Source: an uncultured Planctomycetota bacterium
GTDB taxonomy: Bacteria; Planctomycetota; Planctomycetia; Isosphaerales; Isosphaeraceae
Reading direction: 5' to 3'
Assembly: GCA_963845755.1 (NCBI GenBank)
Contig: CAWJTV010000047.1
Coordinates: 64,001-128,000, forward strand
Length of the DNA stretch: 64,000 nt
The notes beneath the pieces are model-generated. The model was not told the origin of the DNA. It worked only from the letters and a program-made list of their open reading frames with translations, and ran no database searches. Made by a program: the position numbers and the translations under genes. Positions 29,518-40,267 of this stretch are shown piece by piece. The first letter of the stretch is position 1. Each line of letters starts with the position of its first letter.

Positions 29518-30162
29518 TCAAACGTGAGCGCGCTTCCGCCTCGATTGAACGTATCTTCTCAGACCGAGGCCGCAGACCGTGCTGAGGAACAGTGCGATGG
29601 AGCTGGGCTCCGGCGCCTCGGCGACGACCCCCGTGGTCGCGACTTGCGCTTGCAGGGTCGTCTGGCCGTTGTTGTCGGACGAAGGGACCAAGGCGTCCGA
29701 GACGTTCGACAGCTTCAGGGTGCCGGACCCCGTTCCGATCGCGAACGAAGCATTCGCAATCGGATTGAACGTGATGTCCACGCTCGATTGATTGGAACCG
29801 CTCACCATGCCGTTGAGAGTCCCCGTGAGCTGGACCGCGCTATCCTTCAATGCGGTCCCATTGAACGAATTGGGGATGAGCGACAGAGTGAATGGAGTAT
29901 TGTTGTACGTCGTCGATTCGCCGGCCGTCAATCCGGCGACCACGAACGTCCCGAGCGAGATGTTCGATGCGGTGTCGACGTATTGGCCCTGCACGGGGAC
30001 GAAGCTGATCACGGGCGCACCGGTGATCCCCGTCGTCCCGGGACCTCCGGCCGTGGTGTACTGCAAAATGCTGTCGGCCTGGGTGAGGGGGGCATGCCCG
30101 GCGAGGAGCCCCACAGCGATGAGCGCGATTCGCAGCCCAGTCCAGCCTCTTGTCATGCGCAT
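29518..30162 (-). CDS. PEP-CTERM sorting-domain protein
   Basis: Signal peptide, Thr/Ser/Gly-rich body, APEPSSIALF-TM-RRYVQSRRKR tail; AGGAGG RBS. Confidence 0.9.
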   Translation of the reverse strand: MRMTRGWTGLRIALIAVGLLAGHAPLTQADSILQYTTAGGPGTTGITGAPVISFVPVQGQYVDTASNISLGTFVVAGLTAGESTTYNNTPFTLSLIPNSFNGTALKDSAVQLTGTLNGMVSGSNQSSVDITFNPIANASFAIGTGSGTLKLSNVSDALVPSSDNNGQTTLQAQVATTGVVAEAPEPSSIALFLSTVCGLGLRRYVQSRRKRAHV

Positions 30163-30721
30163 TACTTCCTCCTGAAAGGGATGGGAATAGTCGCGATCCT
30201 TTCCGCGACTTCGCAACGTCTTCGTCCGGACTCGAAGTGTGGCGTCCTCCCCTGGACCGAACTGCTTCCCATGCCTCCCCACCGAGCGGACCGGCAGGGA
30301 TCAGGGCTTGTCGCAAGGCGGATGAACGACACGAGTGGCGGCACTCACAACATCAGTCGGACCCCGAACCGGCAAGACGGTCAACTTCGTATCGCCGAGA
30401 ACAGGGAGTCGCGAGCTGGAGACCAAGGACGCGTCGAACCGACTCTCAAACACCTTGTCGGTCCGACCTCATCGAGAATTGGCCGTGAGTTCCCTCGTCA
30501 CGAGCTTCTGGCTGTGATCGAACGCGCCGGAAGATACTCCGACCTGCCGAGGTTGTAAATCGAAGTTTGTCAGTTTTCCAATTTTTTTCTCAACTTTGCC
30601 AACCTTGCTGCCGACCTCGCGACCGTTCACCGTACTCGAGCCTTCCGACCATTCCGAGAGTCGAGGGGTTGCAATTCATATTGGATTGCAGAATCCCGGA
30701 GGTTTCAAGGGTTTGAGCTGC

Positions 30722-33186
30722 TCAGAGCATGTGAATCGGGTCGACATCGACCGCCAGCTCGACGCCGTGGGGCGCGGCAATGGAAGCGGTCACGGTATGG
30801 CCCAGCACCTGGAGAGGGCGAGGGGTCGGACATCGGAGCTGGATGTGATACCGATAGAGGTCCCGGATCTTGAGGATCGGTGCAGGGGCTGGACCAAGCA
30901 CGCGAACCGATGGGTCGGCCGCTTGCCGGAAGGCGGCCGCCAGGTTCGTGAGGTACGCGTGCACGGCCGATTCCTCCGGCCCTCGCGCGATCAGGCGCAC
31001 CGAGCGCCGAACGGTGGCACGCCATACTTCTCCCGTTCGGGCAGTTCGCTGGCGACGAACGCCTCGTAGTCGTGCTGCATGGCCGCGCGGATGGCCGGGT
31101 GTTCCGGTGCGTAGGTCTGTACAAGCACCCGGCCGGGCCGAGACCCGCGCCCGGTGCGACCGGCCACCTGAGCCACGAGCTGGAAAGTCCGCTCGGCGGC
31201 TCGGAAGTCGGGCAGGTGCAGCGCCGTGTCGGCATTGACCACTCCAACCAACGTCACGTTCGGAAAGTCCAGGCCCTTGGCAATCATCTGCGTACCGAGG
31301 AGGATTTGCACGTCGCCGGCGCGGAACGCCGCCAGGACCTGCTCGTGGCTGCCGGGCGTCCGCATCGTGTCCGAGTCCATCCGTCGCGACGCGTATTCGG
31401 GGAACGCCGTGAGGATCTCCCGCTCCAGTCGCTCGGTCCCGATCCCGCCATAGTGCAGCCCCGTCGCGCGGCACGACGGACAGGCCGGCGGACAGGCGCG
31501 CTCAGCATCGCATGTATGGCAGATGAGAACATGCCGAGATTTATGGTACGTAGCGGCCACGTCGCACGCATGGCACTTGACGACGTTGCCGCACTTCGGG
31601 CAGATGACGAACGTGTGGAACCCGCGGCGATTCAGCAGGAGGATGACCTGGCCACCTTCCTGAAGGGCGCGGAGCATCGCCTGGCGGAGCGACTCGCTCA
31701 GGCCGCCGACGGGCGCCTTGTCGTGACGCAGGTCAATTATCTCCACCCCGGGCATGGGCCGCCCGCCGACACGCGCCGGCATGGACAGCCGCGTATAGCG
31801 CCCACGCTGGGCGTTGCGCCAGGTCTCCAGCGAGGGCGTGGCCGAGCCCAGCAGGATTGGGATCCCCTCCATCTGGGCCCGCTTCACGGCCACGTCGCGC
31901 GCATGGTACCGAGGCGTCGTCTCTTGCTTGAAGGTGCTCTCATGTTCCTCATCGATGACGATGAGGCCGAGTTTCCGGGCCGGTGCGAAGATGGCGGAGC
32001 GGACGCCGACGACCACTTCAATCTCGCCCGAGGCGATGCTTTGCCAGTGACGATGTCGCTCGGCGTCGCTGAGATGGCTGTGCAGCACGGCGACCCGGGC
32101 GAACCGGCGGCGAAACCGGCGGATCGTCTGCGGCGTCAGGCTGATCTCGGGGACCAGGACGATCGCCTCCCGGTCCCGGGCCACGACACGCTCGATCGCC
32201 GAAAGATACACTTCCGTCTTCCCGCTGCCGGTCACTCCCTGGATCAGGAACGGAGCGAACCCCCCGGCGTCCAGCGCCGGCTCGATCCGAGCCAGCGTCG
32301 CCGCCTGATCGTCGGTCAGAGTCCATGGGGACCCCTCGGGCGAGTCTCCCGTCGATCGCCCGGCCGTGCTGCTGCCCGCCTCCAGCCCCTCCGGCGAGCC
32401 ATCGGACGCGACCTGATGTCGTCGGCCAACCGTGGACGGGGGTCCCAGTCCCAGCGGAAGCCGCCTGCGAATCGAATGGACCAGTCCCATCTTCTGGAGC
32501 GCCTGAATCGGCACGGGACTGCATTTGGCCAGCCTGCAAACATCGGCCGTCGTGAGTGGTTCGTCGCTCCGGGCGAGGATCTCCAGCACGGCGGCTTGCT
32601 TCGCCGACAGCCGGGGCTCGACGGCGTGGGCCTTCATCGCCTCTCGGGTCTCCTCGGGTACGACCAGAAACGTCCCCACGCGAGTGCCCGCGTGCCTCTT
32701 GACGCCCGCCGGCACGGCGGAATCCAGCGCCTGACCCCAGGAGCAAACATAATAGTCCGCCAGCCATCGCGTCAGGTCGAGCATCTTGCGGTCGATCAGG
32801 GGGGTCGGGTCCAGAACCTCGACCACCGCCTTGATCCGTGTCGGATCGAGCCGCTCGGGGGCGCGATCCTCGACCTGCACACAGTAGCCTACCGCCAGCT
32901 TGTCGCCCCTCCCCAAGGGGGCGCGTACACGCTGGCCGGCACGGATGACCTTGGCGAGGCGGTCCGGCACTCGATAGGTGAGCACTTGCTCGATCGGGCG
33001 GTTGAAGACCACGCCGGCGTACACACCGCCTGCCAGCAACTCACCCTCATCGGCCATCCCGAACCAAGCGATCTGGTGCCCGCCATTGGAGCGGTCCACG
33101 CCACGCGTCGGATCGTCAGAGTGGACGCGGCGGTCGTCATCGTGTCCGGGTGGTTGCTGGTCACCCTGCTCGGGGATCATGCTCAT
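30722..33186 (-). CDS. priA: Primosomal protein N' (replication-restart helicase; frameshift near 31005)
   Basis: GVTGSGKTEVY, LVPEISLTPQ, DEEH, CxxC zinc motifs, GTQMIAKGLDF, C-terminal VDVDPIHML. Exact start uncertain. Confidence 0.95.
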
Positions 33187-33507
33187 GGACAGGACCTATC
33201 GCCTCGGATCGTGAACCGATTAAAGCGGTCGAAGGTTACCCCTCCCGTTGATACGATCGTAGCCTTGGCTCTGGCGTTGACAAGGCTGATCGACAAGACC
33301 TATCGTCAGGATGGCTGGTCCCCAGGCGCCGACATTAACCGCACCCAACCGCCGGTCGGCTCGGTTGGCAGCTCCGGGGCGTACCAGAACGGATCCTGTA
33401 TCAACAGTACACCGGATTTCTAAACGTCTGTCCACAGCGGATTGGCTCGCGCACGTTCGCTGAAGTCGGCCATTGCGGGTCGGGAAAAGAATAAGGGCTG
33501 GTTGGCG

Positions 33508-34143
33508 ATGCGACTAGGTCTCTTCGGCGGGACATTCGACCCGATCCATCTCGGGCATCTGATCCTTGCCGATCAGTGCCGTGAGGAGTGCCGGCTCGAT
33601 CGGGTCTGGATGGTGGTGGCCGGCTCGCCGCCACACAAGCCCGGAGGGCGGACTGCGGTGGGCCATCGCCTGGAGATGGTCCGCATCGCCATCGCCGGCA
33701 ACTCGGCCTTGGTGGTCTCCGACATCGAGACAAGGCGCCCCGGTCCCCACTACAGCGTCGACACACTGGAGGCAGTCCGTCGCGAGCATCCCGACGATGA
33801 CCTCTACTTCTTGATTGGCGCCGACAGTTTGAAGGATCTCCCCGCATGGCGAGAGCCGTCGCGGATTGCTCAATTGGCGACTATCGTGGTGGTCAATCGC
33901 CCCGGTATCGAGGAGGTCGACGAATCGGCATTGCCGGACTTCGGCCAGGCCGCACGCGCGCTCAGATCCGTCACCATTCCACCAATCGGCATCGCTTCGA
34001 GCGATCTGCGCCTTCGTCTCGCCGAGGGCCGGAGCATTCGATATATGGTCCCGCGAGGCGTCGAAGCGTACATCGATGCCCAGGCGCTGTACCGCGGGGA
34101 GCGAGTGACACTCATGACCGGAATGGGACATGCGCGCTCGTGA
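33508..34143 (+). CDS. nadD: Nicotinate-nucleotide adenylyltransferase
   Basis: GLFGGTFDPIHLGH, FLIGADSL, IASSDLR. Confidence 0.95.
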   Translation: MRLGLFGGTFDPIHLGHLILADQCREECRLDRVWMVVAGSPPHKPGGRTAVGHRLEMVRIAIAGNSALVVSDIETRRPGPHYSVDTLEAVRREHPDDDLYFLIGADSLKDLPAWREPSRIAQLATIVVVNRPGIEEVDESALPDFGQAARALRSVTIPPIGIASSDLRLRLAEGRSIRYMVPRGVEAYIDAQALYRGERVTLMTGMGHARS

Positions 34144-34194
34144 ACGCCGGGAACTTGCGCCGACATGGCCAGCCGTCCTGATAGGAGTTCGGGT

Positions 34195-34581
34195 ATGAGA
34201 TTCTTGCGGACGCATCACGTCGCCATCATATGCTCGAACTATGCGGACTCCAAGCGGTTCTACACCGAAATCTTGGGGCTCGAGATCGTGAGTGAAGTCC
34301 TTCGAGGAGAACGCAACTCCTATAAGCTAGACCTGCGGGTTCCCGACGGCACGCAGATCGAGCTCTTCTCCTTCCCGGACCCGCCCCGGCGATCGAGCTA
34401 TCCCGAGGCATGTGGACTGCGACACCTGGCCTTCGAGGTCAACGACATCGACGAGGTCGTGGTGCACCTCCAGGTTAAAGGCGTCGCCGTCGAGGCGATC
34501 CGGGTGGACGAGCATACGGGAAAGCGCTTCACTTTCTTCGCCGACCCAGATGGGCTACCCTTGGAATTGTATGAGCGATGA
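34195..34581 (+). CDS. VOC/glyoxalase family protein (YaeR-like)
   Basis: HHVAIICSNY..SK.FY..ILG, GLRHLAF, FFADPDGLPLELYE. Confidence 0.92.
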   Translation: MRFLRTHHVAIICSNYADSKRFYTEILGLEIVSEVLRGERNSYKLDLRVPDGTQIELFSFPDPPRRSSYPEACGLRHLAFEVNDIDEVVVHLQVKGVAVEAIRVDEHTGKRFTFFADPDGLPLELYER

Positions 34582-34752
34582 CGTCAAACCGGATCGGTGA
34601 TAGGCTCGACGAGACGATGACACGACGCGGAGTCAGACCGATCGCCGGACCGGTGCGCCTCCGTGAGGATTCTATGAGCGGGGTCTCCGCATAGCGACTT
34701 GGGACTCCTACGGAGGGCCCTCAGGCAGAATCAGAACTTGAGCTCAGGTGCT

Positions 34753-37116
34753 TTAAGTTCCGCCCCAGCTCCAGTTTCGGATCTCCGGCATATCCTGGCC
34801 ATGTTTATTGATGTACTGCCTGTGCTCGATCAACTTGTCGCGGACGGCCTGTTTGGCGTACGCCGCGGTGGTGCTCAGCTTCGGAACGCGATCTACCACG
34901 TCGGCGACCAGGTGGAAGCGGTCGAGGTCGTTCATCACGGCCATGTCGAACGGCGTGCTGATCGTCCCCTCTTCCTTGTAGCCGCGCACGTGGAGGTTCT
35001 TGTGATTGGTGCGGCGGTAGGTCAATCGGTGAATCAACCAGGGGTAGCCGTGATACGCGAAGATGATCGGCTTGTCCCTGGTGAAGAGCGTGTCGAAGTC
35101 CTGGTCGGACAGCCCGTGGGGGTGCTCGGTCGCCGGCTGGAGTCGCATCAGGTTGACGACGTTGATGACGCGGATCTTCAGCTCGGGTATCTGTGCGCGG
35201 AGTAACTTGACGGCGGCAAGGGTCTCCAGCGTCGGCACGTCGCCGGCGCAGGCCATGACGACATCGGGCTCGTCTCCTCTGTCGTTGCTGGCCCATTCCC
35301 AGATGCCGATCCTGGCCGTGCAATGCTTGATCGCCGCTTCCATGTCGAGCCACTGGGGCGAGGGGTGCTTGCTCGCCACCACGACGTTGACGTAATGCCG
35401 GCTGCGCAGGCAGTGATCCATCACGGAGAGGAGTGTGTTCGTGTCCGGAGGGAGGTAGACGCGGGTGACCTCCGCCTTCTTGTTGCAAACATGATCGATG
35501 AATCCGGGGTCCTGGTGCGTGAAGCCGTTGTGGTCCTGTCGCCACACGTGGGAGGCGAGCAGGATGTTCAGGCTCGCGATTGGCCGGCGCCACCGGATGT
35601 GCCGCGTCACCTTCAACCACTTCGCGTGCTGATTGAACATTGAATCAATGATGTGGATGAACGCTTCATAACAATTGAACAATCCATGCCGTCCCGTCAG
35701 CAGGTATCCTTCGAGCCATCCCTCGCATTGGTGCTCGCTGAGCATCTCCATGACGCGTCCCGAGCGGGACAGGTGGTCGTCGGTCGCGATTACCTCGGCC
35801 TCCCACTGCTTGTTCGTCGCGTCCAGAACGGCGGTCAGCCGGTTGGACGCCGTCTCGTCGGGTCCGAAGATGCGGAAGTTCCGCAGGTCCCCGTTGCGCT
35901 CGATCACGTCGCGGAGGAACTGGCCGAGCGTGCGAGTGTCTTCCCCCTTGACATCTCCGGGCCGCGGTACGTCGAACCCGTACTCGCGGAAGTCCGGCAG
36001 CCGCAGGTCGCGGAGTAGGATGCCTCCGTTCGCGTGCGGGTTCGCGCCCATGCGGCGCTCTCCCACAGGGGCCAGTTCGGCCAGTTCGGGCCGGAGTCGG
36101 CCACCCTGGTCGAAGAGCTCCTCGGGTTTGTAGCTACGCAGCCAGTCCTCGAGTTGCTTGAGGTGCTCCGGGTGATCCCTCGGCTCCGAGAGAGGAACTT
36201 GGTGTGCGCGGTTCGTGCCTTCGACCGGTAGGCCATCGACCAACTTGGGACCGGTCCAGCCCTTGGGCGTATTCAGGACGATCATCGGCCATCGGGGCCG
36301 ATCGGTTACCCCATGATTTCGGGCGTCCGACTGGATCCGCCGGATCTCGGCGACGACCTTCTCGAGCGTCGCCGCCATCAGTACGTGCATATTCTCGGGC
36401 TCGTGCCCCTCCACGAAATAGGGGAGGTAGCCATAGCCTCGAAATAAGGACTCGAGCTCGTCGCTGCCGATGCGCGCCAGCACGGTCGGATTGGCGATTT
36501 TGTAGCCGTTCAGGTGGAGGATCGGCAGGACGGCTCCGTCGTGCTCCGCGTCGAGGAACTTGTTGCTGTGCCAGCTCGTGGCCAGCGGGCCGGTCTCGGC
36601 TTCGCCGTCGCCGACGACGCAAGCAACAATCAGGTCGGGGTTGTCGAATGCCGCGCCGAAGGCATGGCTCAGACTATAACCTAGCTCACCCCCTTCGTGG
36701 ATCGAGCCTGGCGTCTCCGGCGCCGCGTGGCTGGGGATCCCGCCCGGGAACGAGAACTGCTTGAACAGCCGCGTCAGTCCCGCCTCATCTCTCGTGATGT
36801 TCGAATACAGCTCGCTGTAGGTCCCCTCGAGATAGGTGTTGGCCACCACCGCCGGTCCGCCGTGACCGGGCCCCGAAATATAGATCATATTTAGATTATG
36901 TTTTTTGATTATTCTGTTGAGATGGACATAGACGAAATTCTGACCTGGGGTTGTCCCCCAGTGGCCCAGCAGCCGCGACTTGACGTGTTCGAGCTGGAGG
37001 GGCTCTCGCAGCAGGGGATTGTCGAGGAGGTAAATCTGGCCGACGGACAGGTAATTGGCAGCGCGCCAGTAGCCGTCCAAAAGGCGGATTATTTCGGAGT
37101 CGAGTCGGGTATCCAT
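34753..37116 (-). CDS. xfp: Xylulose-5-phosphate/fructose-6-phosphate phosphoketolase
   Basis: [48 protein letters not shown]. Confidence 0.97.
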   Translation of the reverse strand: MDTRLDSEIIRLLDGYWRAANYLSVGQIYLLDNPLLREPLQLEHVKSRLLGHWGTTPGQNFVYVHLNRIIKKHNLNMIYISGPGHGGPAVVANTYLEGTYSELYSNITRDEAGLTRLFKQFSFPGGIPSHAAPETPGSIHEGGELGYSLSHAFGAAFDNPDLIVACVVGDGEAETGPLATSWHSNKFLDAEHDGAVLPILHLNGYKIANPTVLARIGSDELESLFRGYGYLPYFVEGHEPENMHVLMAATLEKVVAEIRRIQSDARNHGVTDRPRWPMIVLNTPKGWTGPKLVDGLPVEGTNRAHQVPLSEPRDHPEHLKQLEDWLRSYKPEELFDQGGRLRPELAELAPVGERRMGANPHANGGILLRDLRLPDFREYGFDVPRPGDVKGEDTRTLGQFLRDVIERNGDLRNFRIFGPDETASNRLTAVLDATNKQWEAEVIATDDHLSRSGRVMEMLSEHQCEGWLEGYLLTGRHGLFNCYEAFIHIIDSMFNQHAKWLKVTRHIRWRRPIASLNILLASHVWRQDHNGFTHQDPGFIDHVCNKKAEVTRVYLPPDTNTLLSVMDHCLRSRHYVNVVVASKHPSPQWLDMEAAIKHCTARIGIWEWASNDRGDEPDVVMACAGDVPTLETLAAVKLLRAQIPELKIRVINVVNLMRLQPATEHPHGLSDQDFDTLFTRDKPIIFAYHGYPWLIHRLTYRRTNHKNLHVRGYKEEGTISTPFDMAVMNDLDRFHLVADVVDRVPKLSTTAAYAKQAVRDKLIEHRQYINKHGQDMPEIRNWSWGGT

Positions 37117-37257
37117 GAACGTCTTCCCTGGTGGCGAAGCCGCAATCAACGAGAACTTCCAACTTTGAATTCCGAATGGAGGACTTATCCTAATCTGGAG
37201 TTCACACACCGTCCTACGCTGAGATGTGATCCAGCGGACTTCAAGCACGGTGACTCC

Positions 37258-37876
37258 TCAATCCGGGGACGATCCCGACCAGAATGGCCCGAGAGGGCCA
37301 TGGGGCGAAGGATCGATGGGCCGTCCGGCCTGGGGATAATCGCCGAGGTTCAGCTTCAGCAGCTTTTGGGCGTCCTCCGTCGCCTGGTGGGCGAAGCGGT
37401 CGGAGTAGCCGATGGCATCGGCGGCCTCGATGGCCGCCATGAAGGCGTCTCGCGCGGCCAGGTCAGCCGTGATGTCCCCCAGGTGGGCGAATGGATTCGG
37501 TGGCGGGATGCTCACCAGGCGGGATTCTCCCGGCTCTTCACGAAGCTCCAGGGCTTGCAAGCCGCATACCGCCGCATGGGCCGTCCGGACGGCGGCGGCC
37601 ATCGCGCAGTCGCGCATGACCGCTCCATCCTCGATTGCCCGGCACGCCTCGACATCACGCACGACGGAATCGTAGGACGAACCACATTCCCCTCTGGCGA
37701 AGTCCTCGGCCAGTCCGATGGCGTTCGCGACGGCCAATCGGCACCGTTCTCGCTCAGGATGACCTTCGGCGAGCAGAGCCAGATGTTCCACTCGGCGCGC
37801 AGCGTGCGGCGAAGGCGACGATAGCCCGGAGTGGCAGTCGTTTCAGATCTTCGATGGTGTAATCGCTGATGATCAT
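37258..37876 (-). CDS. Hypothetical Ala-rich helical protein (frameshift near 37797)
   Basis: MIISDYTIEDLKRLPLRAIVAFAARCA from ATG 37876 joins ORF 37258-37791 after an indel; ends PIDPSPHGPLGPFW. Confidence 0.6.
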
Positions 37877-37980
37877 ATTCGTCCCCAAGAATCGGGATCG
37901 AGGAGATTGTCTCCCCAATCCGGCCTCGTACTCTCCGCCGCGATCGCATGTGTACTTCGAAATCGATCTTCTTCAACCGA

Positions 37981-39190
37981 TCAGATCAACTCCGCCAGCA
38001 GCTTGGCAGCAGCCCTGGCCATCATGGATTCTTCATTGGTGGGGATGACGCGAACCTGCGCAGGAGCCTCGTCCGTCGAAATCACAGCGACTCTGGCGGA
38101 GTTCCGAGACTCGTCGAGAACAATGCCGAGGAACCCCAGTCCCTCGCAGATGCGGGCGCGGATCTCCGGGGAGTTCTCGCCGATGCCGCCGGCGAAGACG
38201 AGGATATCGAGACCTCCCAACGCGGCGGCCAGGGCGCCGATCTCCTTCTTGATGCGGTACACGAAGAGGGCGACGGCCTCGGCGGCACGGACATCGTGCT
38301 CCTCGGCCTTCAGGAGGTCGCGAAGATCGGAGCTGGTCTCGGAAACGCCCAACAGGCCCGACTGGTGGTTCATCATCGCATCGAACTGCTCGACGGTGGT
38401 CCCTTCGGTGCGGGCAAGGAAGCCGGGAAGACCCGGGTCAATGTCGCCGGACCGGGTGCCCATGACAAGACCGGCAGCCGGCGTCAGCGCCATGGTCGTA
38501 TCGATCGGACGTCCATTATGGACAGCAGCCAGGCTGGCCCCCGAGCCAAGGTGGGCCAGTACAATCCGGCCGGAGGCCGCGCGGGCCGGCGTCCCGTGTC
38601 AGAGCCTCCATCAGGTAGGCGTAGGACAGGCCATGGAAGCCGTAGCGTCTCACACCTCTGGCCTGGAAGCGCCGTGGGATCGGCACGATCTGGGCGACGC
38701 GGGGCATCTCGTGATGGAACGCTGTATCGAAGCACGCGAATTGCGGTATGGCGGGCCGACGGTCCCGGATTCGCTCAATCACCGAAATCTCGCCCGGCAG
38801 GTGATCGGGATCCATCGGGGTGAGCCGGCGCAGCTCCGTGAGCAACTCTTCCGTGACACGCACAGGACGGAAATACTTCGAGCCTCCATGCACGACGCGA
38901 TGTGCGATGCCAGCGATCGAGGCCCAACCCAGGCGTTCCTCCACCCAATCGATGAGCCAACTCGCTGCGGAGACCAGGTCGGGGACGTTCACGGACAGGG
39001 TTTCGGGACCAGCTTCAGACGACCCGTGGACGACCGCCGTGGCGTTGTCTCGTCCGATTGGCTCGAGCGTTCCCGACATCAGGGGCGGGAGCGCTTCGGT
39101 CGCATTCAGAGGGAAGATGGCGAACTTGAGGCTGGACGATCCGCCGTTGACCGTTAGCAGACACGAGCGTTCAGGCTGGTGCATCCGCAT
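37981..39190 (-). CDS. ackA: Acetate/propionate kinase (frameshift near 38580)
   Basis: [58 protein letters not shown]. Confidence 0.93.
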
Positions 39191-39601
39191 TGTGTCGCCT
39201 CCCTGCCGGCGGTGGGCAGCACACCGAAAACGCCCTCCGGCAGTTGTCCGGGGTGACTTCGTACCCACACGGGACAGTATAATGTGAGGGGTCGGCGTCA
39301 CACAATCGATTGCGGACTGGTCGACCGCAGGGCACCCGTCATAGCGGTCTCGGGATTGGAGTGCCGGTGGAAAAGCTGTCAGTTCAGAGTGTCGCCGCAC
39401 ACGATGTCGATTTTGGAGACAACCGGGTCCGGGTCCGGGGATTTGACGCCTATTGGGTATAGAGGCAGGGCCGCAAGACCAGTCGGGATGGGGCGTATCT
39501 TCGGAGCGCCGGCTCCACCCGGCATCCAACCTCCTGGCCCGAAATCGATCCGATCCCATGGCCTCAGCCCGCGGTTACCCTCGGAACGAAAGCCGAAGTT
39601 G

Positions 39602-40267
39602 ATGGCCGCCGGACCGATCGAATTACTGTCCCGAGCGCGCGCAGGTGAAACCGAGGCGCTAGGGGAATTGTGCGCCCTGTATCGGAACTATCTTCGCATG
39701 GTGGTGCGAACCGGCCTGGGACCTCGGTTGAAGGAGCGGGTGGAGCTGTCCGACGTAGTCCAGGAGGCGCTGGTGGAGGTGGTTCGGCAGTTCCCCCAGT
39801 TTACTGGCCAGAACGAGGCGGCGCTGCTGGGCTGGCTGCGCCGGCTGGTGGGCCAGAAGCTTGCGGACCTGGGTCGATACCATAGTCGTGCCAAGCGAGC
39901 CGGTGGTGCTACGGCCGTGCCCCTGGATGCGGCACTCGACTCCGGCGGCGGGGGCCGATCGGGCGAGGAGAGCGGCCGATTGCTGGATATGCTCGCCCTG
40001 AGCCAGACCAGCCCGAGCCAGGCTGTCAGCAAGCGCGAGATGCTCGGCCTGCTGGCCGACGCCTTCGCCGGACTCCCCGAGCAAGAGGCGGACGTCCTCT
40101 GGTTATACTACGCTGACAGCCTTTCGTTCGAAGCCATCGGTCAAAGACTGGAACTGAGCCGGAAGTCCGTTCGCGGCATCTACGCCCGAGGCCTGAAGCA
40201 CCTGAAACGCACGCTCGAAGGGCCGCCTGGCGGCCTCCTGAGGTATGACGATGGTTCAGCGCATTGA
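39602..40267 (+). CDS. ECF RNA polymerase sigma factor (planctomycete type)
   Basis: ARAGE.EALG.L...YRNYL, SDVVQE, TSPSQ, region-4 helix-turn-helix; overlaps the kinase start. Confidence 0.9.
   Translation: MAAGPIELLSRARAGETEALGELCALYRNYLRMVVRTGLGPRLKERVELSDVVQEALVEVVRQFPQFTGQNEAALLGWLRRLVGQKLADLGRYHSRAKRAGGATAVPLDAALDSGGGGRSGEESGRLLDMLALSQTSPSQAVSKREMLGLLADAFAGLPEQEADVLWLYYADSLSFEAIGQRLELSRKSVRGIYARGLKHLKRTLEGPPGGLLRYDDGSAH

Noticed and set aside
30190..30720. Riboswitch or sigma-54 promoter in the long leader of the PEP-CTERM gene
   Set aside because: I could not match a known aptamer consensus or a correctly spaced GG-N10-GC by eye; an Rfam scan is needed.
30990..31020. Programmed frameshift or true inactivation of priA
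   Set aside because: There is no slippery heptamer, and similar indels occur across many unrelated genes, so sequencing error is the simpler explanation.
31072..33423. Long antisense ORFs (783 aa here; also 57466-60177, 27749-29095, 23432-24940)
   Set aside because: Shadow ORFs opposite well-supported genes, expected from high-GC codon bias.
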